A DNA stretch of 40,892 nt from a virus (Duplodnaviria > Caudoviricetes): positions 1 to 40,892 of IMG/VR virus record IMGVR_UViG_3300032281_001698. One strand, given 5' to 3'. The notes under the pieces are model-generated. The model made no database searches and had not been told where the DNA came from. It was given only the letters and a program-made list of their open reading frames with translations. The position numbers were made by a program, and so were the translations under genes. Positions 38,339 to 40,892 of this stretch are shown here, piece after piece. Position 1 is the first letter of the stretch; each line of letters begins with the position of its first letter.

Positions 38339-39221
38339 AACTAAACCCATCTGTTCCAGGAAAACCTCCAAATGGAAGTGTAGAATTTCCAAATCTTTTT
38401 TTACAAGCTGTCATTGTTTTACTGCACCCATCTTTTCGCCAAAAAGAAGGATTATTGTCTGGATTATTTCCTTTATTATTACTTGTATTTGATACGTAAA
38501 ATATTTTTACTAATTGCCCATTTACCGTTAATCTATTATGATTGGTATAAACGTATTGACCAGCACTATAAGTTTTTGTTGATGACCATAGACCTTGATT
38601 AGTTGTAGGTTCAATAGAGAAATTTTCGCCATCTTCTTGTTCTTTTGGGACACCTTGATATTTACACCCCTCACCTCTATATAGCCAAGTACAATATCTT
38701 CCAAGTATTATCCTATTATTAATTTCATAATTTTCCAAATCTAATGGAGAAGTCAACTCAAACTCTACATATAATTTATTTTCGGCTGTTTTTTGCGAGA
38801 TTAAATATTCTTCTTCTGCTATTTCTGCCGTTGAATCTGGTTGCCCAAATGGATTTCCGCCATCAAAATTACTATTATCTATATATTTTAAAAATGTTCT
38901 TTTTCTTATTATTTTTGCATAAAGCAAATCGTTATTATTTTGTATTAAACTAGTTATCAAATAATCAACATTTGCAATTCTTATTTTTGGTCTAGCAAGC
39001 TGTCCATTCCCATTAATCTCAAAGCCTTCAGATTCAACTGGTACAGGTCTATAAGCAACTCCCTGCCAATTTATAGAGCCTCCAAAATTAGATCCACCAT
39101 GAATAGAAACAAAAGTATTTGGTTTATTTACAGCATCTGGATAGATTTTAAAAAACTCTAATACAGCTGAAGGTTGGAAATCCAACAAACTTCTAGATAT
39201 TTTATCTTGTCCTTGACCCAT
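38331..39221 (-). CDS. Minor tail protein L
   Basis: WQGVAY.P.PVESEGFE, RKRTF.KYID..NF, CTWLYRGEGC, GCSK....CKKRF, LPFGGFPG. Start moved to ATG 39221. Confidence 0.93.
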   Translation of the reverse strand: MGQGQDKISRSLLDFQPSAVLEFFKIYPDAVNKPNTFVSIHGGSNFGGSINWQGVAYRPVPVESEGFEINGNGQLARPKIRIANVDYLITSLIQNNNDLLYAKIIRKRTFLKYIDNSNFDGGNPFGQPDSTAEIAEEEYLISQKTAENKLYVEFELTSPLDLENYEINNRIILGRYCTWLYRGEGCKYQGVPKEQEDGENFSIEPTTNQGLWSSTKTYSAGQYVYTNHNRLTVNGQLVKIFYVSNTSNNKGNNPDNNPSFWRKDGCSKTMTACKKRFGNSTLPFGGFPGTDGFSYG

Positions 39222-39229
39222 GTTTAATT

Positions 39230-39236
39230 TTACACT
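39230..39236 (-). promoter_or_regulatory. AGTGTAA putative late promoter of the tail-tip operon
   Basis: Minus strand AGTGTAA-AATTAAAC-ATG. Confidence 0.65.
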
Positions 39237-39261
39237 TTTCTTTATATAATAACAAAAAGTA

Positions 39262-39786
39262 ATGAAAATTAAAAAAATACTCAAATTAAATAAAAAAGCT
39301 TTAATTTTAGAGGGACAATTAAAAGAAGAATTATTTGATTTTTTTAAGACATCTAAACCCTATGATTTTTGTAATTTACCATCTCCCTCAATAAGAAATC
39401 AACGCATAGATGATTTTTTTGATTATTTAGGTACTTGCCAAGCTTATGGTGGTTTTATTAATAAAAAATTTATAGGAATGATCTTTATTTCAGAAAAAGA
39501 TGATTATTTATATTTAGAATTTATGTTTGGCCAACCCAAAAGATTTTCTAATGCTGAAATGGTCAACTCTTTTCATGAAGGCTTAATCTGGGTATTAGAT
39601 AAATATAAGAAAAAGAAAATTATTGGTGAAATAAGAAGAGTTCATAAAAAGGAAAGATTTTTAAAATACATCAAAAAAGTTGATAAAGTGTGTAAATTAG
39701 AGATAAATAATAATACAGAACTAATAGAAATTTCTTGGGAATATGACAGGCTCGTTGAACATTTTAGGAACAAATCTACCGATTGA
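39262..39786 (+). CDS. Hypothetical protein, possible GNAT fold
   Basis: AYGGFINKKFIGMIFI...LYLEFMF beta pattern; TATAAT at 39245. Confidence 0.5.
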   Translation: MKIKKILKLNKKALILEGQLKEELFDFFKTSKPYDFCNLPSPSIRNQRIDDFFDYLGTCQAYGGFINKKFIGMIFISEKDDYLYLEFMFGQPKRFSNAEMVNSFHEGLIWVLDKYKKKKIIGEIRRVHKKERFLKYIKKVDKVCKLEINNNTELIEISWEYDRLVEHFRNKSTD

Positions 39787-39991
39787 AAATTTTTCATCTC
39801 AAAATTTTAAAAATTCCCGTTTATTTTTTGATAATGGAATTCATTTTTTATTTTTAAATGATAAAAAATACATACTAGACATTAAAAAAACATTTTTTTT
39901 AGATGAAAAAATCATCATAGAGGGTATAATAAGTGACGATGAATCTTCTGTTGGAAAAATTGTTTTTGAATTTTTTCCAGAAAATTCTTGA
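39743..39991 (+). CDS. Hypothetical protein
   Basis: 82-aa ORF overlapping the previous gene. Confidence 0.6.
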   Translation: MTGSLNILGTNLPIENFSSQNFKNSRLFFDNGIHFLFLNDKKYILDIKKTFFLDEKIIIEGIISDDESSVGKIVFEFFPENS

Positions 39992-40016
39992 CATTACTTC
40001 AGATATGAATTATTGT
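39988..40016 (+). promoter_or_regulatory. Sigma70-type promoter, leaderless
   Basis: TTGACA-17-TATTGT, 7 nt before ATG 40024. Confidence 0.65.
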
Positions 40017-40023
40017 CATTTCA

Positions 40024-40092
40024 ATGAATAAAGCAATACTGATTTATATCACACTATATATTATTATCCAAACATACGTACATAAAAATTAA
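40024..40092 (+). CDS. 22-aa hydrophobic peptide, not in the ORF track
   Basis: MNKAILIYITLYIIIQTYVHKN; ATG at the predicted +1; stops 5 nt before the next ATG. Confidence 0.45.
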   Translation: MNKAILIYITLYIIIQTYVHKN

Positions 40093-40097
40093 AAACA

Positions 40098-40301
40098 ATG
40101 GCTACAATTAAAAACGATTTGGTATATCGAGTATACGATTCAAAAAATAATTATCAACAATCCTACAATTCATTTTTTGAGGACGCTCTAAAGTGGGCAA
40201 AGGCTTGCGCTAATAGAGTTAGTGGTAGGGTTGATCAAATTGAAATTAAAGATAGTCAAGAAATTGTAAAAACAGTCTTCACGGCCAAAAACGATAAATA
40301 A
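40098..40301 (+). CDS. Hypothetical protein
   Basis: 67-aa ORF followed by a terminator. Confidence 0.7.
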   Translation: MATIKNDLVYRVYDSKNNYQQSYNSFFEDALKWAKACANRVSGRVDQIEIKDSQEIVKTVFTAKNDK

Positions 40302-40335
40302 AAACAACTAAAATCATAAGCTTATTCATTCTAAC

Positions 40336-40367
40336 AGCTCCACTAAAATAGTGGAGCTATTTTTTTT
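40336..40367 (+). terminator. Intrinsic terminator
   Basis: AGCTCCACTA-AAA-TAGTGGAGCT followed by A and T8. Confidence 0.9.
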
Positions 40368-40384
40368 ATTATTTTAAATATTTT

Positions 40385-40391
40385 TGTGTAA
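40385..40391 (+). promoter_or_regulatory. TGTGTAA putative late promoter
   Basis: 11 nt before ATG 40403, just after a terminator. Confidence 0.65.
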
Positions 40392-40402
40392 ATAAATTTA
40401 CA

Positions 40403-40720
40403 ATGGAGCCAGAAAAATCTCTTTTTAAAGAATTTATAAATGGAGGATGGGTAATACCTTTAATTGGTGCAGCCGCAATGGTAGCAAGATTATTATCCTC
40501 TGATAGAGAATTAGCTATTTTAGAGCAACTTAAAAAAATATTAAGTGCAGCTATTGCATCTGGTATAGCTTGGTTTGTACTTGAGCAAACTGATATTTCT
40601 AGTCTTTATAAAGCAATCACCTACGGGGTCATAGGAGTTATTTCTCCAGAAATAATCAATGGAATTGTCGCCTTAGCTAAAAAATTTGAAAAAAATCCAA
40701 GCAAGTTTATTAAAAAATAA
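40403..40720 (+). CDS. Holin-like membrane protein
   Basis: Three hydrophobic segments and a Lys-rich C-terminus; 105 aa. Confidence 0.6.
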   Translation: MEPEKSLFKEFINGGWVIPLIGAAAMVARLLSSDRELAILEQLKKILSAAIASGIAWFVLEQTDISSLYKAITYGVIGVISPEIINGIVALAKKFEKNPSKFIKK

Positions 40721-40724
40721 AATC

Positions 40725-40892
40725 ATGTCTCAATATTTTAGAGTTTTTGATTTACAAGCTGCTAGTGGTAATTTCACTGGCGTATTAACAGCAAACGCTG
40801 GTATTACTGCAAATACCTCACCAATTACAGCAAACGCTGGTATTACTGCAAATACCTCACCAATTACAGCAAACGCTGGTATTACTGCAAAT
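40725..40892 (+). CDS. 3'-truncated protein with 13-aa repeats, probably virion/fibre
   Basis: MSQYFRVFDLQAASGNFTGVL then (TANAGITANTSPI)n, open to the window end. Confidence 0.7.
   Translation, partial: MSQYFRVFDLQAASGNFTGVLTANAGITANTSPITANAGITANTSPITANAGITAN
40788..40892 (+). repeat. 39-bp perfect coding tandem repeat, 2.7 copies
   Basis: ACAGCAAACGCTGGTATTACTGCAAATACCTCACCAATT at 40788 and 40827, partial copy at 40866. Confidence 0.95.

Noticed and set aside
365-38953. Short shadow ORFs in the track (e.g. 365-559, 3502-3762, 5196-5417, 10547-10861, 21552-21824, 24374-24670, 35644-35826, 38744-38953)
   Set aside because: They overlap well-supported genes, show no motifs and look like off-frame or antisense translations.
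39690-39695. Further GTGTAA hits (39690, 15895, minus strand near 32895)
   Set aside because: Inside coding sequence and not 8-11 nt from a start codon; treated as background.
40788-40892. CRISPR array from the 39-bp repeats (also the 72-bp repeats at 3-189)
   Set aside because: Units are contiguous with no spacers, are multiples of 3 and lie in frame within ORFs.
1-40892. Stop-codon reassignment
   Set aside because: Conserved genes are full length in code 11 and coding density is high.

Overview
AT-rich fragment of a large, apparently uncultured tailed phage (Caudoviricetes), densely coding in genetic code 11. Both ends break inside coding tandem repeats, so this is probably a whole contig. 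Left to right: the end of a repeat-containing virion/tail-fibre gene; a leftward operon (dNMP kinase, sigma factor, SSB, GT4 glycosyltransferase, Hsp20, FmdB-like); a divergent AT-rich control region that may be an origin; a class Id-type ribonucleotide reductase; a seven-gene glycan synthesis island (glycosyltransferases, methyltransferases, GMD); a bacterial-type replisome (RecA, DnaB, DnaG, Cas4-like nuclease, and Pol III as three genes PHP / DnaQ / DnaE core); a ClpC-like ATPase; a pseudokinase; a GT4 fused to half of a split GT9; a putative annealing protein and GNATs; a leftward lambda-like tail-tip operon (gpL, gpK-JAB, gpI, gpJ); and a holin-like gene. The main non-coding signal is a two-class promoter system, host sigma70-type promoters plus a phage-specific (A/T)GTGTAA element. 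Both sit about 4-11 nt before start codons without Shine-Dalgarno sequences, implying largely leaderless mRNAs. No tRNA, rRNA, CRISPR array, integrase or intein was seen. All calls come from reading motifs by eye, with no database search.
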